The notes beneath the pieces were generated by a model, which worked only from the letters and a program-made list of their open reading frames with translations, searched no databases and had not been told where the DNA came from. A stretch of 64,000 nucleotides of DNA from the human T2T-CHM13v2.0 reference genome, Homo sapiens. Position numbers and translations under genes: made by a program. The stretch is taken from NCBI RefSeq assembly GCF_009914755.1, contig NC_060933.1, one strand, 5' to 3'. Positions 1-13,100 of the stretch are shown in pieces. Positions within the stretch are counted from its first letter, which is position 1, and every line of letters starts with the position of its first letter.

Positions 1-3000
1 TTGAAGAGGATGTATTTTCCTTAATGTATATTCTTAATGGCTTTGTCGAAGATCAGTTGGCTATAAATTTGTGGATTTATTTGAGTTCTCTATTCTGTTT
101 CATTGGTTTATGTGTCTATTTTTACACCAATACTATTTTGTTTTGGTTACTATAGCCTTGTGATATGTTTTCAGGTAATATGATGCTTCCAGGTATTTTT
201 TTTTTTTTTTTACTCAGGATTGCTTTTTTATTTGGGCTCTTTTTTTGGTTCCATGTAAATTTTAGAATTTTTTTTTCTATTTCTATGAAAAATGATGTTG
301 GTACTTTGATAGGGATTGCATAGAATCTGTAGACTGTTTTTTGGCAGTGTTTATCATATTAATGATAATTATTCTTCTGATTCATAAATATGGAATGTTT
401 CCATTTGCTTGTGTCTTCGGTTTTTTTAATCAGTGTTTTGTAGTTTTCCTTGTAGATATATTTTACCTCTTTGGTTAAATTTATTCCTAGGTATTTTATT
501 TTATTTTATTTGTGTAGTTATTGTAAATATGATTGCCTTTTTGATTTCTTTTTTGGGTTTCATTATTGGTGCATAGATACACTACTGATTGTTATGTGTT
601 GATTTTGTATCCTGCAACTTTAGCAAATTTCTCAGTTCTAAGAGGCTTTTGATGGAAACTTTTGTTTTTTTTCTAAATATAAGGTCACATCATCTGCAAA
701 GAAGAACAATTTGCCTTTTTCTTTTCCAATTTGGATGCCTTTTGTTTCTTTTTCTTGACTGATTACTCTGGCTAGAACTTCCAGTAGTATGTTGAATAGA
801 AGTGGTGAAAGTCTGCATCTTTGACTTGTTCTAATTCTTAGAGCAGAGGCTTTCAACTTTTCCTCATTCAGTATGTTGTTAGCTGCGTGTTTGTCATTCT
901 ATGCCTAGTTTGTTGACAGTTTTTATCATGAAGGGGTTTTGAATTTTATCAAATGCTTTTTCTGGGTGTATTGAGATGATCATATGGTTTTTGTCCTTCA
1001 TTCTATTGATGTGATATATCATGTTTATTGATTTGTATATGTGGAACCATCCTTGCATCCTTGGTATGCACTTGATTATGGTATATAATCATTTTGATGT
1101 GTTGTTGGGTTCAGTTTGCTAGTATTTTCTTGAGGATTTTTGCATCTATACTCATCAGGAATATTGGCCTGTAGTTTTCTTTTTTGTTGTGCTCTTGTCT
1201 AGTTTTGGTATCAGGGTGATGCTGGCATTGTCAAATGACTTAGGGCGAATTCCCCCCTCTTCAATTTTTTAGAATAGTTTCAGGAGGATTGGTATGAATT
1301 CTTCTTTATGTATTTGGTGGAATTATGCAGTGAATCCATCCGGTCTTGGGCTTTTCTTTTTTGGGAGACTTTTTATTACTGCTGCAATCTCACCACTCAT
1401 TATTAGTCTGTTCAGATTTCCTAGTTTCTAGGAATTTATCCATTTTCTCTAGGTTTTCCAGTTTGTTAGTATTCACAATAGTCTCTGATTATTTTTTTCA
1501 TTTCTCTGGTATCAGCTTTAATGTCTCTTTTCTCATTTCTGATTTTGTTTATTTGGGTCTTCTGTCTTCTTGGTTAGTCTACCTAGCGGTTTATCAATTT
1601 TGCTTACCTTTTCAAATAACCAATTTTTCATTTAATTCATCATTCTTTTTAGCCTCTATTTGGTTTAGTTCTGCTCTGATCTTTATTATTTCCATTCTTT
1701 TGCTAATTTTGAGTTAGGTTTATTCTGGTTTTTCTCATTCCTTGAGGTGCATTGTTAGATGATTTGAAATATTTCCCTTTTTTTGGATGTAGGTATTTGT
1801 TGTGGAAAATTTTCTCTTAGTGCTGCTTTTGCTGTATCACACAGGTTTTAGTATGGTATGTTGTGTTTCCATTGTCATTTGTTTCAAGAAATTTTTAAAT
1901 TATTTTAATTTCTTTATTGAGCCAATGGCCATTTAGAAGCATGTTCTTTAATTTTTATGTATTTGTATAGTTTCCAAAGTTTCTCTTGGTATTGATTTCT
2001 AATTTTATTCCTCTGTGGTCTAAGAAGGTACTTGATATGATTTAAATTTAGTAAAATTTGTTGAATCTTGTTTTGTCACCAACATTGGGTTTATTTTGAA
2101 GAATGTTTTATGCATGGATGAGAAGAATTGTATTCTGCTGCTGTTGAATAAAATGTCTTTAAGTCCATGTGGTCTAAGGTTCAATTTCAATCCAATATTT
2201 TTTTTGTTGATTTTCTGTCTAGATAATCCGTCTAATGCTGAGAGTGGGGTGTTAAGATCCCCAACTATCATTGTATTGGAGTCTCTCTCTCTCTCTTTAG
2301 ATCCAGTGATATTTGATATATAAATCTGGGTACTCCAGTGTGTTGGGGGCATACATATTTAGAATATTATATCCTTTTGCTGGATTGATCCCTTTATCAT
2401 TATATAATGATGTTCTTTGTCTTTTTTTTTAACTGTTTTTGACTTAAAGTATCTTTATGTGATGTAAGTGTAGCTACCCCTGCTTGCTTTTGGTTTCTGT
2501 GTGGAATATCTTTTTCCATCCCTTTATTTTCAGTGTATATGTGTCTTTACAGGTAAAGCATATTTCTTGAAGGCAGTATATAGTTGAATCATGTTTTTTA
2601 TCCATCCAGTTAGCCTACATCTTTTAAGTGGCAAATTTAATCCATGTACATTCAAAGTTATTATTAATATGTAAAGTTTTGTTCCTGTTATATTGTCAAT
2701 TGTTTTCTGGTTATTAGTATGTTGTTTGTTCTTTTCTTTTTCTCTTATTGTTTGTCCTTGTGGTTTGGCGGTTTCTGAAGTGGTATCATTTGAGTCTTTT
2801 CTCTTCCTCATATGTATGTTTGCTTTACCAGTGCATTTTAGACTTTCGTGTGTTTTTGTGATGGTAACCTTCATCCTTTCAATTCCAGATTTAGGACTCT
2901 TTTCAGCATTTCTCATAGGGCTACTTTAGTGGTAATGAATTCCCTCAGCATTTACTTGTCTGGGAAAGACTTTATTTCTCATTAATTTATGCATAATTTT

Positions 3001-3105
3001 ACTGTCTATAATATCCTTGGGTGGCAGTTTTCTTCTTTTAGCACTTTGAATCTATCATCCCATTCTTTTGGCCTGTAAAGTTTTTACAGAAAAGTCTACT
3101 GTTAG

Positions 3106-3498
<393 letters not shown>

Positions 3499-4889
3499 TA
3501 AATAGGTTTTTGAACCCTTTTGTTCTCTTTTCATCTTCTGGGATATTGGTAATTCATATATTTGGTAGCTTTACGGTGTTCCACTTTCCATATATCATGA
3601 AAGCTTTGTTTATTCCCTTTTCTTTATTTTTGTCTGACTGAGTTATTTCAAAAGACCTGTCTTCAAGTTCTGAGATTCTTTCTTTTGCTTGATCTAGTCT
3701 GTTGTGGAAGCTTTCAAATATGATTTGTATTTAATTTAATGAATTCTTCAGTTTTAGAATTTCTATTTAGTTCTTTTTAATGACATCTATTTCTTTGCTA
3801 AATTTCTTATTCATATCCTGAATTGTTTTCTAATTTCTTTGTATTGTTCTTTGGAATTCTCTTGTATCTCACTGAGCTTCTTTACTGTCAAAATTTTGAA
3901 TTCTTTTTCTGTGATTTTGTGAAATTTTTTTTATTGAGATCTGTTACTGGAGAATTACTGGGTTCCTTTAGAGGTGTCATATTTCCTTGCTTTTATAAGT
4001 TTCCTGTGTTCTTACATTGATACCTTCATATTTGCTATTATTGTCACTTCTTCCAATTTTTTGTATTTGCTTTCACAGGAGAGAAATTTTTCTGACGATG
4101 CATTAATGGTGTTGGTCAGGTATGGCCCTTTGGCTTTTATTTTGGGTGCATACTGTAGTGTAGTCTCTCTGTACAATTTCTTTGGCTGTAAACAATATCA
4201 GTGGTATTCGTGATTTCCTTGGTGGCTTAGGGTATGGTTATTAGTGGAGGCTCTGGTGAGCTTTGGCTGGAAACAGAGATGCCAGATGGGCCAGTCTTCA
4301 GCCTCCAGTGGTGGCAGTGGAGGGCCAAGCATCCCTGTTCTTGGACCCCAGGATGGTGTCCACTGTCACCAGTGTCAGCAGGTCCAGGCAGGCTGATTCT
4401 TGGGCCTCCAGGGTGGCTTGTTCAGATGCTAGTATTGGCGGCAGTGGGTTGGGCATGTGGGCAGGTTCTTCAGTCCCTGGGAAGAAAGTATGGTGTGTGT
4501 GATGGCAGTTAGTAGTGGCAGATGACCCTCTGGGTCCTGAGAAGTGTATATTTGTATTGGTGATGGCTCGATGGGCTGGGCAGGACAGTCCCCAGGCTCC
4601 TAGGTAGTGCATGTGGGTGGGTGCTGGCAGTGGTGTTGGTGTCAGGTTGGGTGGGCCCATCTTCAGGTTCCTGAAGGGACTGCACAGATGCCAGAGGTGG
4701 TGGAATGGGTGTAGTGATCCCCAGGTCCTAAGGCAGCATGCTTGGGCTCTGGGGACTGGGGTAGGAGGAAGTGCCAGGCTAGATGGGTCTGAGCTCAGGC
4801 TTCAGATGGTGTGTAGGGGTGTAGGCTATAGTAGGCAGGGTAGGGAGATCTGCTGTGGTGGGTCTGGGTAAACTGACCTCAGAGCTCAT

Positions 4890-5660
4890 GCTAGAGCACA
4901 GTGGTCCTGCTGTTAGTATGGGTGAGGTCACTATTAGCAATCTCCTACAGGCAGCTCTAAGGCTCTAGGGAGTGTACACTTCATCTCTGGTAGCAGCAGT
5001 GGCTGCATTGGTGTGTGGGGGGAGCCTGTATTCAGAAAATGCACTATAGCACAGAGGCCTTGCTCCTGGTGTGGGCAGGATTGGCACCCACACCCCTAAA
5101 TAGGGAGCTCTCAGTTTCTGGGTAGCATTTGCTTTGGCTCCTGGCTACAGCAGTGACTGCAGTGTTGTGTAGAGTTGGGGAGGGACCGCAACCTCTGTGT
5201 GTGGGCCTTAGCACAGAGACCTTGCGGCCAGCAGGGTTGGGGTTGCCACTTATAGCCCCAGACATGCAGCTCTCAGGCTTGCCTGCTCTTGGCAGCAGCA
5301 GTGACCATAGAGCCATGCAGAGAGGGGAACGGATTCCTCCTTCCATATGTGAGCCTGAGAGTTGGGGCCACACCACCAGTGAGGGGTGCAGTAGTCACTC
5401 ACAGCCTCAGACAAGCAACCCACTGGCTTGCCTGTCCCAATTCCCAGTGGCAGCAACAGTGCCTGTGGCTGCAGTGGTGTACAGAGAAGGGGTCCCACTC
5501 TGTGTACAAGCCTGAGTACAGAGGCCACTCTGCCAGTTGTGGGAGAGTTGCGGCCCCCAATCCCAGACAGTCAGCTCTCAGGCTTGCCCACCTGGGTTTG
5601 GTTGCAGCAACTGCTGGGGCAGCATGCAGAGTCAGAGAAGGGATTACACTCTCCAAATTT
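4890..5660 (-). repeat. About 5 degenerate tandem ~155-bp units in the L1 5'UTR
   Basis: GCAGCTCTCAGG-like anchors at 4951, 5104, 5266, 5415, 5571; AGCACAGAGGCC-like anchors at 4895, 5048, 5210, ~5358, 5515. Confidence 0.75.
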
Positions 5661-6654
5661 TGTCCTCACAGCCCCGTGCAGGAAGCTCTCAGGGTCTGGA
5701 AAGTGCATACTCTGGTTTCCTTTGTTCCACAGTCCATCTCCTTGGTTTGCTATATCGTCCTTTTCCTGGGGAGTAGTATTCCATGTGGGCTAGCATACTG
5801 GAAACCCGGCAACACCTTTGGGTCAGCAAGCACTGTGCCACAGCAATCCTCCAGGTGGATACTGGGAGATGTCAGTTGGGGGTCCCAAAATGTGGAAATG
5901 TGGGGGCTGTGGTCCTCAAGGCAGGATGCAGTTCGGTAACACAGTGCTTTCACAATGGTGCCATGGTGTAGCTACTTAGGTCTCGGGGTTGTGAGTGACC
6001 CAGCATGAGTCTGGTGCAGTGCCCTTGCAAAAGGGTGCAGATCATTGCCCACACTAGTCTCCAAGTTCATGTGGGTGGAGGAGCTCTCCCATGGGTTAGA
6101 AGTGCAGCAATCCATGGTGGAGGATCTCTCATATACCCTTTCCCCACAACAGGGAGGATTTCTCATTTACCCTTTCCCCACAATAGGGAGCTCCTCCCAT
6201 CTCCCAGGTGATCTCAGCAGGCCTGACTGCTTGCTTCCTACTCCTTCTGTGTCTTAGGCGTTTCCTGTGACTTCTCTGTCAAACGCCAGTATTCTCTTTT
6301 GATGTTCTATTTGAGGTGTGATTATCTAGTCACAATTTTGGTTCTTCTTCTGAAAGGGCCTGTGTCCAATGTCTCTAGAGAGCCTTCTTGAACCTCTATT
6401 CCTATTTGGGGAAATTTAATGAGACTTGGAAGTGAAGACAATTCTTGGTGGTTAACATCTTGTGATGGATTTAGTGATAATTACCGGACAGTTGGGAAAT
6501 AGCACAAATCTGGGATAAGGGAAGGAGAGAAAGTTGAGGGAGTACTTAACAATGACTAGAGATGACCCTCTTGGGAATATGGAACTAGTTAAATGTTATT
6601 AGCTTTTCAAGTTGGTCTAGGACTATCCCTGGCTATACTGTCCAGGACATGTAG

Positions 6655-6750
6655 TAATTAATCAATTCAGCACCTACTTATTGAGTGCTTGTTAAGCATT
6701 AAGCACTATATGTGGGTCATAAGATATATTCCCTGCTTTTTTGGTGCTTA
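6655..6750 (-). mobile_element. L2 3'-end fragment
   Basis: ATTCAGCACCTACTTATTGAGTGCTT...CCCTGC resembles the reverse L2 tail. Confidence 0.6.
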
Positions 6751-6751
6751 T

Positions 6752-6945
6752 GCAGTGATTCTCAAACTATTATGATTAGAATATTCTAAAAACTTAAAAG
6801 TTCTAATGCCAGGGCACCTTTCCCCGACCCCCACCGCCACCAGCAAAGTTGTTTGGATTCACTTGTTCTGGGGCAAAGCCTAAGTATTATTTATTTAAAA
6901 AAAAAAAAAAACTCTCCAGGTGATTCTAATGTAGTCAGAAATATT
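6752..6945. mobile_element. MER5-type hAT-Charlie MITE
   Basis: CAGTGATTCTCAAAC start and CTCCAGGTGATTCTAATGT motif. Confidence 0.7.
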
Positions 6946-7150
6946 AACCTGCCTAACGGGTGAGATCGGTTCCCAATGATAGGATGGGAATGAATTTTAC
7001 AGGTACACTGGGCTTATGTGCCCCTTAGCCTTTGCCATGACTATACAAATATTATCAATTTTGATGTCTACTGTGATATACAAAAGGTTATGAAACACTG
7101 ACAAATACTTAGTATTTTAGCAAAATAGATCATTTTGCTAATTTTGATGT

Positions 7151-7219
7151 GGCATACATTACATTACATTACAGCTTACATTACATTACATTACATTACA
7201 GGCATACATTACAGCTTAT
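7151..7219. repeat. (ACATT)n microsatellite
   Basis: Directly visible pentamer array with ACAGCTT interruptions. Confidence 0.95.
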
Positions 7220-7221
7220 GG

Positions 7222-7297
7222 GTGTGTGTATATGTGCCTGTGTGTGTGTGTGCATGTGTGCGCGCACACACATGCGCACATGCATGCACACACGTGT
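7222..7297. repeat. Alternating purine-pyrimidine tract (TG/CG/CA), potential Z-DNA or hairpin
   Basis: (TG)n...GCGCGC...(CA)n, about 75 bp. Confidence 0.85.
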
Positions 7298-7957
7298 CTC
7301 TATAGAGGGGCAGTGGTGAAAAATCTGACCTACAATCTTAGGCAAGTGCTCTAGGCAGTCTTTTGCAGATCTCCCTAAGTAAGTCAAAACAAACAAAATC
7401 AGAAAACCAAGAGGATTTTAGAAGTGATCTAGCCCAACCCCTTTGTCTCAGAGATAAGGAAGCTACTTTAAAGTCACAGTTGGAGCTCAGCCATGGACTT
7501 CATTCTTTCAAATCTTGTACAAATAGCTTAATGTTAAATCTAACCCCTGCACAGGATGCAGTGTTTAACTGCATAAAGTGGAAAATTAAATGCCTTGGCT
7601 AACTCATATTTATAATGAGGCATCAGCCTATGAAGGACTTCTATTCTGCCTTTGTTCCATACACTGCACACCAAGTAAAATGACAGTCCAAGAGATAGAC
7701 ACTCAAGTAAAAGATCTCCAGAGGGGCTGATTATTTCCTTATGCCCCACAAGAAAAAGAAAAAAAAATGACACAAAACTTTTTCCCCAGGTAGGTAAAAG
7801 GCCAAGTTCCTGCCAAGCCTGCTTTCCTCTCTCTGGGCTGCCTCTCCAGTCCTCTGCCTGCCACTGTTTTCATTGCTATCATTATTTCTGTTTCTCTGAA
7901 GGTAGAGAATGCTGCCAACCTGCTCTGCCCTCCTCAGACTCTCTCGTCTGACAGTTC

Positions 7958-7964
7958 TATAAAG
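7958..7964 (+). promoter_or_regulatory. Candidate TATA box (TATAAAG)
   Basis: CTATAAAGG in C-rich unique sequence ~90 bp upstream of ATG 8049; function unverified. Confidence 0.3.
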
Positions 7965-8048
7965 GCCCCTCCACCCAGCCTCTAGCCCATTTCTTTCTCT
8001 GGCTTTTGCAGGATTCCTCATTCTCCCTGAGGTCTTAACTATCACATC

Positions 8049-8381
8049 ATGCACGTTCTGCCACTGCTGTTATCACTGCTGCTGCTGCTGCTGCTGCTGT
8101 CAGCTAGCTTTGTGACTTTCAGCACCCCCACTTCCAGCAGAAATTCTAGCTGCCCTGATTGTGAGAGTCTGAACACCGGTCTTCCATCCCTGATGATGTT
8201 TGGTGGATCTCTGCTCAAATGGGTTCAGAACACACACGGGGTGGAATCACTCTTGTCCTCTGCCAAGGGTGCGCCTGCTTCCACCAGCCCTAGGGGTTCT
8301 GTTCCCAAGACTACACCCTGGCACTCTGACCCTTGTCTTCCTTTTAATTCCCTTCCTCACAGTGTCTTCTTCCACATCTGA
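8049..8381 (+). CDS. Hypothetical 110-aa ORF with signal-peptide-like N-terminus (candidate de novo microprotein)
   Basis: True ATG with -3 [20 protein letters not shown] hydrophobic leader, NSS sequon and CPDC. Lies outside recognisable transposons. No homologue recognised. Confidence 0.2.
   Translation: MHVLPLLLSLLLLLLLLSASFVTFSTPTSSRNSSCPDCESLNTGLPSLMMFGGSLLKWVQNTHGVESLLSSAKGAPASTSPRGSVPKTTPWHSDPCLPFNSLPHSVFFHI
8076..8099 (+). repeat. (CTG)8 trinucleotide repeat
   Basis: Eight perfect CTG units, preceded by CTG CCA CTG CTG TTA TCA. Confidence 0.98.
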
Positions 8382-8464
8382 CGTTCTTAGCTCTTTAGAG
8401 TCCCCAAAACTATCTGTTACCATATTTCATTATTGTTAACTCTAAAGATTTTGGCATCAAACAC

Positions 8465-8650
8465 CCTGCATTTGAATGCTAGCTGTGTCACACATCAGAT
8501 GCTTTACTTTGGCAAATCATAGAACTTTCTGTCAATAGGGATAATAATGGTACCTATATTGTAATATTGTGAGTGTTACTTGGATAATAAAGTACATAGC
8601 ACAGTATTTGGCACATAGTAATTGCTCAACAATACCAATTGTTATTATTA
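8465..8650 (+). mobile_element. MIR SINE
   Basis: GGGATAATAATGGTACCT...AGCACAGTATTTGGCACATAGTAATTGCTCAA, MIR core and tail. Confidence 0.75.
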
Positions 8651-9087
8651 TTAGACTGTGCCCTCTAAATTATTTGTCTACGGATTATGATCTGTATAAA
8701 TGACTTATCAATTAAGAAGACCACAGGTATGCAGAGTCTCATCACTCATACAAGACTGATGTCAATTAACTAAGAGAAGTTTCGTCACTAACCAGGAGTT
8801 TCACATCATAGTTCCACACTTTGCTTCTACTCCCAATATGGCTTGTTGACTTTTCACTCTCTTTACCCTGTTTTCTTTCTATGGTTCCCAGGGCTATCAC
8901 TTTTCTTTATTTTGGTTAATACATATAGCTGTACACTGACCCAGTCTCCATGAAAAATACTGTCATATACTCCCTCTTTCCCTCTTTCCCTAATATCATC
9001 ATCTCATAGAGATCAAACTCACATTTTCTGGCACCATTATTCTTTTTATAAAATACTTTACTTTTAAATTTTTACCCAACTACGTCT

Positions 9088-9543
9088 ATGTTATTTTAGC
9101 TAGCTAAGCTGCTATAACAAAGAGATCTAAATACAGTGGCTTAAATATAACAGAAGCATATTTTTCTCTCATGTAACAGCTAGAGGAATGTGTGTAGTCC
9201 AGAGCATACAAACCACAAGTCATTCATGACCCCGAGTTCTTTCTGTCTTGTTATTCTGTCATCGCCTAGGGTGTTTATCTGCATGACTGAAGCTGTTTCT
9301 TCTTGATGTCTCAATTCCAGAAGGTGGGAAAAGGGAAAGTCTGGGTTACATGGCTTTATTCTTAAAGAAGAGACCTTAAGGAAGTTTCATTAATAATCAT
9401 ACCCTTTGGCCAAACTGAGCCGCTACCTAGCTGGCCACATCTTTCCAAAAGGCTAGAAAATAGAGTCTGTAGCTGCATTGCCCTCTATGACTAAAAGGAA
9501 AAGGGGAGAATACGTACTGGGGATATTCAGTGACCTCGGCCAC
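9088..9543 (-). mobile_element. MaLR solo LTR (MLT1K/L-like)
   Basis: GCTGCTATAACAAA...CAGTGGCTTAAA...TTTTTCTCTCATGTAACAG and terminal GCCACA. Confidence 0.7.
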
Positions 9544-9644
9544 ACATACAGCATGATTGAAAGTTCAACTAGGACGTGGGGTGTATCATGGAAATGACAG
9601 TCATCTGCTGTAACCTTTCTCACACTCGATACTGATCCCTATAG

Positions 9645-9974
<330 letters not shown>

Positions 9975-10104
9975 ATCTCTTTCTTTTTAGCTATTTTGAT
10001 GGTTACCTATTTATATAATAATACATATATTATTTTAAATAATATCGTAGAGACTCTAAATAGCCTATTTAAATTATGTATCTTGACTTAATATCTTATT
10101 GCTT

Positions 10105-13100
10105 TCTACCTTCTATAAGGCTAACATGGTATTTTGGACCAATCCCCTTGCTGAGGACAACCAAAAAGATTGGATGAAGTATAAAAAGCACTTACTTGAA
10201 AGCATCAAAGACGTCCAAGATAGTGAGGAAGTTTAAAGTCAAGATCTAGGAAAAGACAAGAAACTAGAGAAAGAAACCCAGCCGTAAAATCACTTTTTTT
10301 CCCCCCTGCGGGCTTCTGCCAAGTCTGGGGAAGCAGCTGCAAAGCTAAACTATATTTTTTGATGATTCCTCAGAGCCGGACAAACAGAAGTCAGAAACTA
10401 AAACCTGCCAGGAATAGGGATTCAGGAGTAGGGATTTAATAACTCAAGCCCCCTTCGAGCTGAGAATCTGAAAGGCCACACTCTCAATATGAGGAGTAGC
10501 TGCTAGGAAACCAGCCCTGGCACAGAATTGTAGTCAGTTTTGCATCATTTAACAGTACAAGTAAACTTCAACTCTGACATTATATTAAGATATTTCTGGA
10601 ATGATAACACACACTGCTATTTGCAGCAGCAAATGAATATCCTCTCAAGAGAAAGACATCATCATAACAGGCCTCAGCACTTCCTCCATATGACTTATAA
10701 AATATAATTTCCATCATACAATGAAAAATAAGGGTTTACAAGGCAACAAGATCACTGAATGAGTAACAGAAGACAGAGAAGCTACAAAAAAAGCCTCCAA
10801 AACATGAATTATTGAAATGATCAGATATGGTTCACAAAATAACGATGCTTTTTACATTTATGAAATAAATTCCAAGCTTAAAAACATCCGTGAAAAGGAA
10901 ACTCTAAAATTTAATGTGACATATTAAGAAAAAAATCCAAAAATATAATACTCAAAATTAAGATGGGCTTAAGAGCAAATGAAATGTAGCTAACATTTTT
11001 AAATGGAAGACAAGAAGAAAACATCCTCCAGAATGCAGCACACAGAAATAAAAGGGAAGAATTGGAAAAGAGTGGATAAGAGGCATAAGTGGTCAGTGAC
11101 AAGTTGTAGCCCAGAAAGTGTGAAGGGAATGGGACAGATATAAAATTGGAAGAAATAACAGCTCTGAATTTTTCAAAAGTAAAAACGATATCAATCTACA
11201 ACTTTAAGAATCTCCATATATCCTAAGCAAAATAAATTATAAGAAACTCACACCCAGACATTGCAGCAAAACTTCAGACAACAATAGACAGAGACAAAAA
11301 TCTTAAAGCATCAGAAAAGAAGCAGTTACTTTCAAAGGAAGAACAGTTAGACTGAGAACTGACTTCTCAATAGTAACAAAGGAAGCCAGCGAGCAATGGA
11401 AGGGTTTTCAATTAACACTGAAGTTTGATAAGGCAAAAAACAAAAACAAAAACAAAAAAACATGTTGTTACTTGTAGTTAAATTACTTTAAAAAATTGAA
11501 AAATTACAACTGTGAAGATAGTACAGACAAAAATTGGAATGATAAAAAAATCCAAATAGAACAGTTGGGATAAGTAGCACAAAATAAGATGATAAATTTA
11601 ACTCAAATATATCAGTAATTACATTGAATATAAAAGGATCAAAAACTCAATTTGAAAGCAAAATGTGCAAATTCGATTGAAAACAAAAGAAAATGCAATT
11701 ATGTACTGTTTATAAAAACTTATCTAAAATATAAGGATATAGAAAATTTGAGAGTAAAAAGAAAAAAGAATCCTTTAGACACCAACCCAAAGAAATCAGC
11801 TATAGCTATACTAATATACCGTTTTTATATAATAAATACAGTATAATAAACTCTATAGATAAATACATCTCTACATAATGATAAAATGTCCTATTTACCA
11901 TGAGGATTTAAAATTTGCACACAACTAATAACAAGGCCTCAAAATATGTGAGGGAAACATTGACATAATTAAATGAAAAATAAATCCACAATCATAGTGA
12001 GACATTTTTATTATGACTCAGTAACTTACAGAAAAATAAAACAAAAAAGAAGGAACATACAAGATTTAAATAACGTGATTAACAAAATTGACCTAATAGA
12101 CACAGCTGCAGAAAACTTATTCTTTTCAAGCATGCACAGTCACAAAATTCTCAGTAGAATATGTTTTCTAATCCAATGAAGTTATACTAGATATTAATAA
12201 AAATTAATTTGGAAATGAAGAAATATACTTCTAAATAACTAATGGGTAAAAGAAGAAATCACAATGGAGATTAGAAATAATTTGAACTAAATAGTGATAA
12301 AAATACACCAAATCAAAGCTTGTGGACAGCAGCTAATGCAGTACTGTACTTAATTATGTTAGAGAAGAAGAAAGGCAAAAAAATCAATGATCTAAGCATC
12401 CTTGTAAAGATATTATTAAAGAACAGCAAACCAACCCCAGATAAATAAGAAATAAAAATGAATAATGATTTGGGCAGACGTTAAAAAAATAAAATAAACA
12501 TACAATAGAGAGGATCAGCAAAGCCAAAAGTTAGTTCCTTGGAAAAGTTGATAGAACAAATAAAGCCTTGGCAGAATTGATCCAGAAAAGGAGAAAGAAG
12601 GCCCATTAATCAATAAGAAGAATGAAAAAAGGATATTGCTACAGATTCTACAGATATTAAGATGAAAAGAGGATGCTATGAGCAAGTTTATGTCAACAAA
12701 TTTAAACATTTAGATGAAATGGAGAAATTCTTAGGCAAATTATTTAAGAAATGGAGACTGTTAATAGGCCCATAAAACTGACACAATGATTAAAATCCTC
12801 TCCACAAATAGAACTCTAAACCCACCCAGATGGTTTTAATGGTAAGTTCTATCAACTTTAAGGAAGAAATTATTACAGGTTTAAAAACTTTAAAAAATGG
12901 GTGCAGTCCTAAAATCACTTTGTAATGCTAGCATAATCTTGATAAGAAATGCTAACAAATGCAATAACAGAAGGAAAAGCTACCAGCCATTTTCATTCAT
13001 GAATATAGATGCAAAAGTTTTAAATAAAATATAAGAAAGCATTATGACCAGGTTATATCTTCCCGGGAATATAAGATACAATATCATCAAATTTAACATT

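Noticed and set aside
5289-5939. 216-aa antisense ORF in the L1 5'UTR (ORF0-like idea)
   Set aside because: It starts at TTG in GC-rich repetitive UTR where several frames are open by composition, and has no recognisable protein features.
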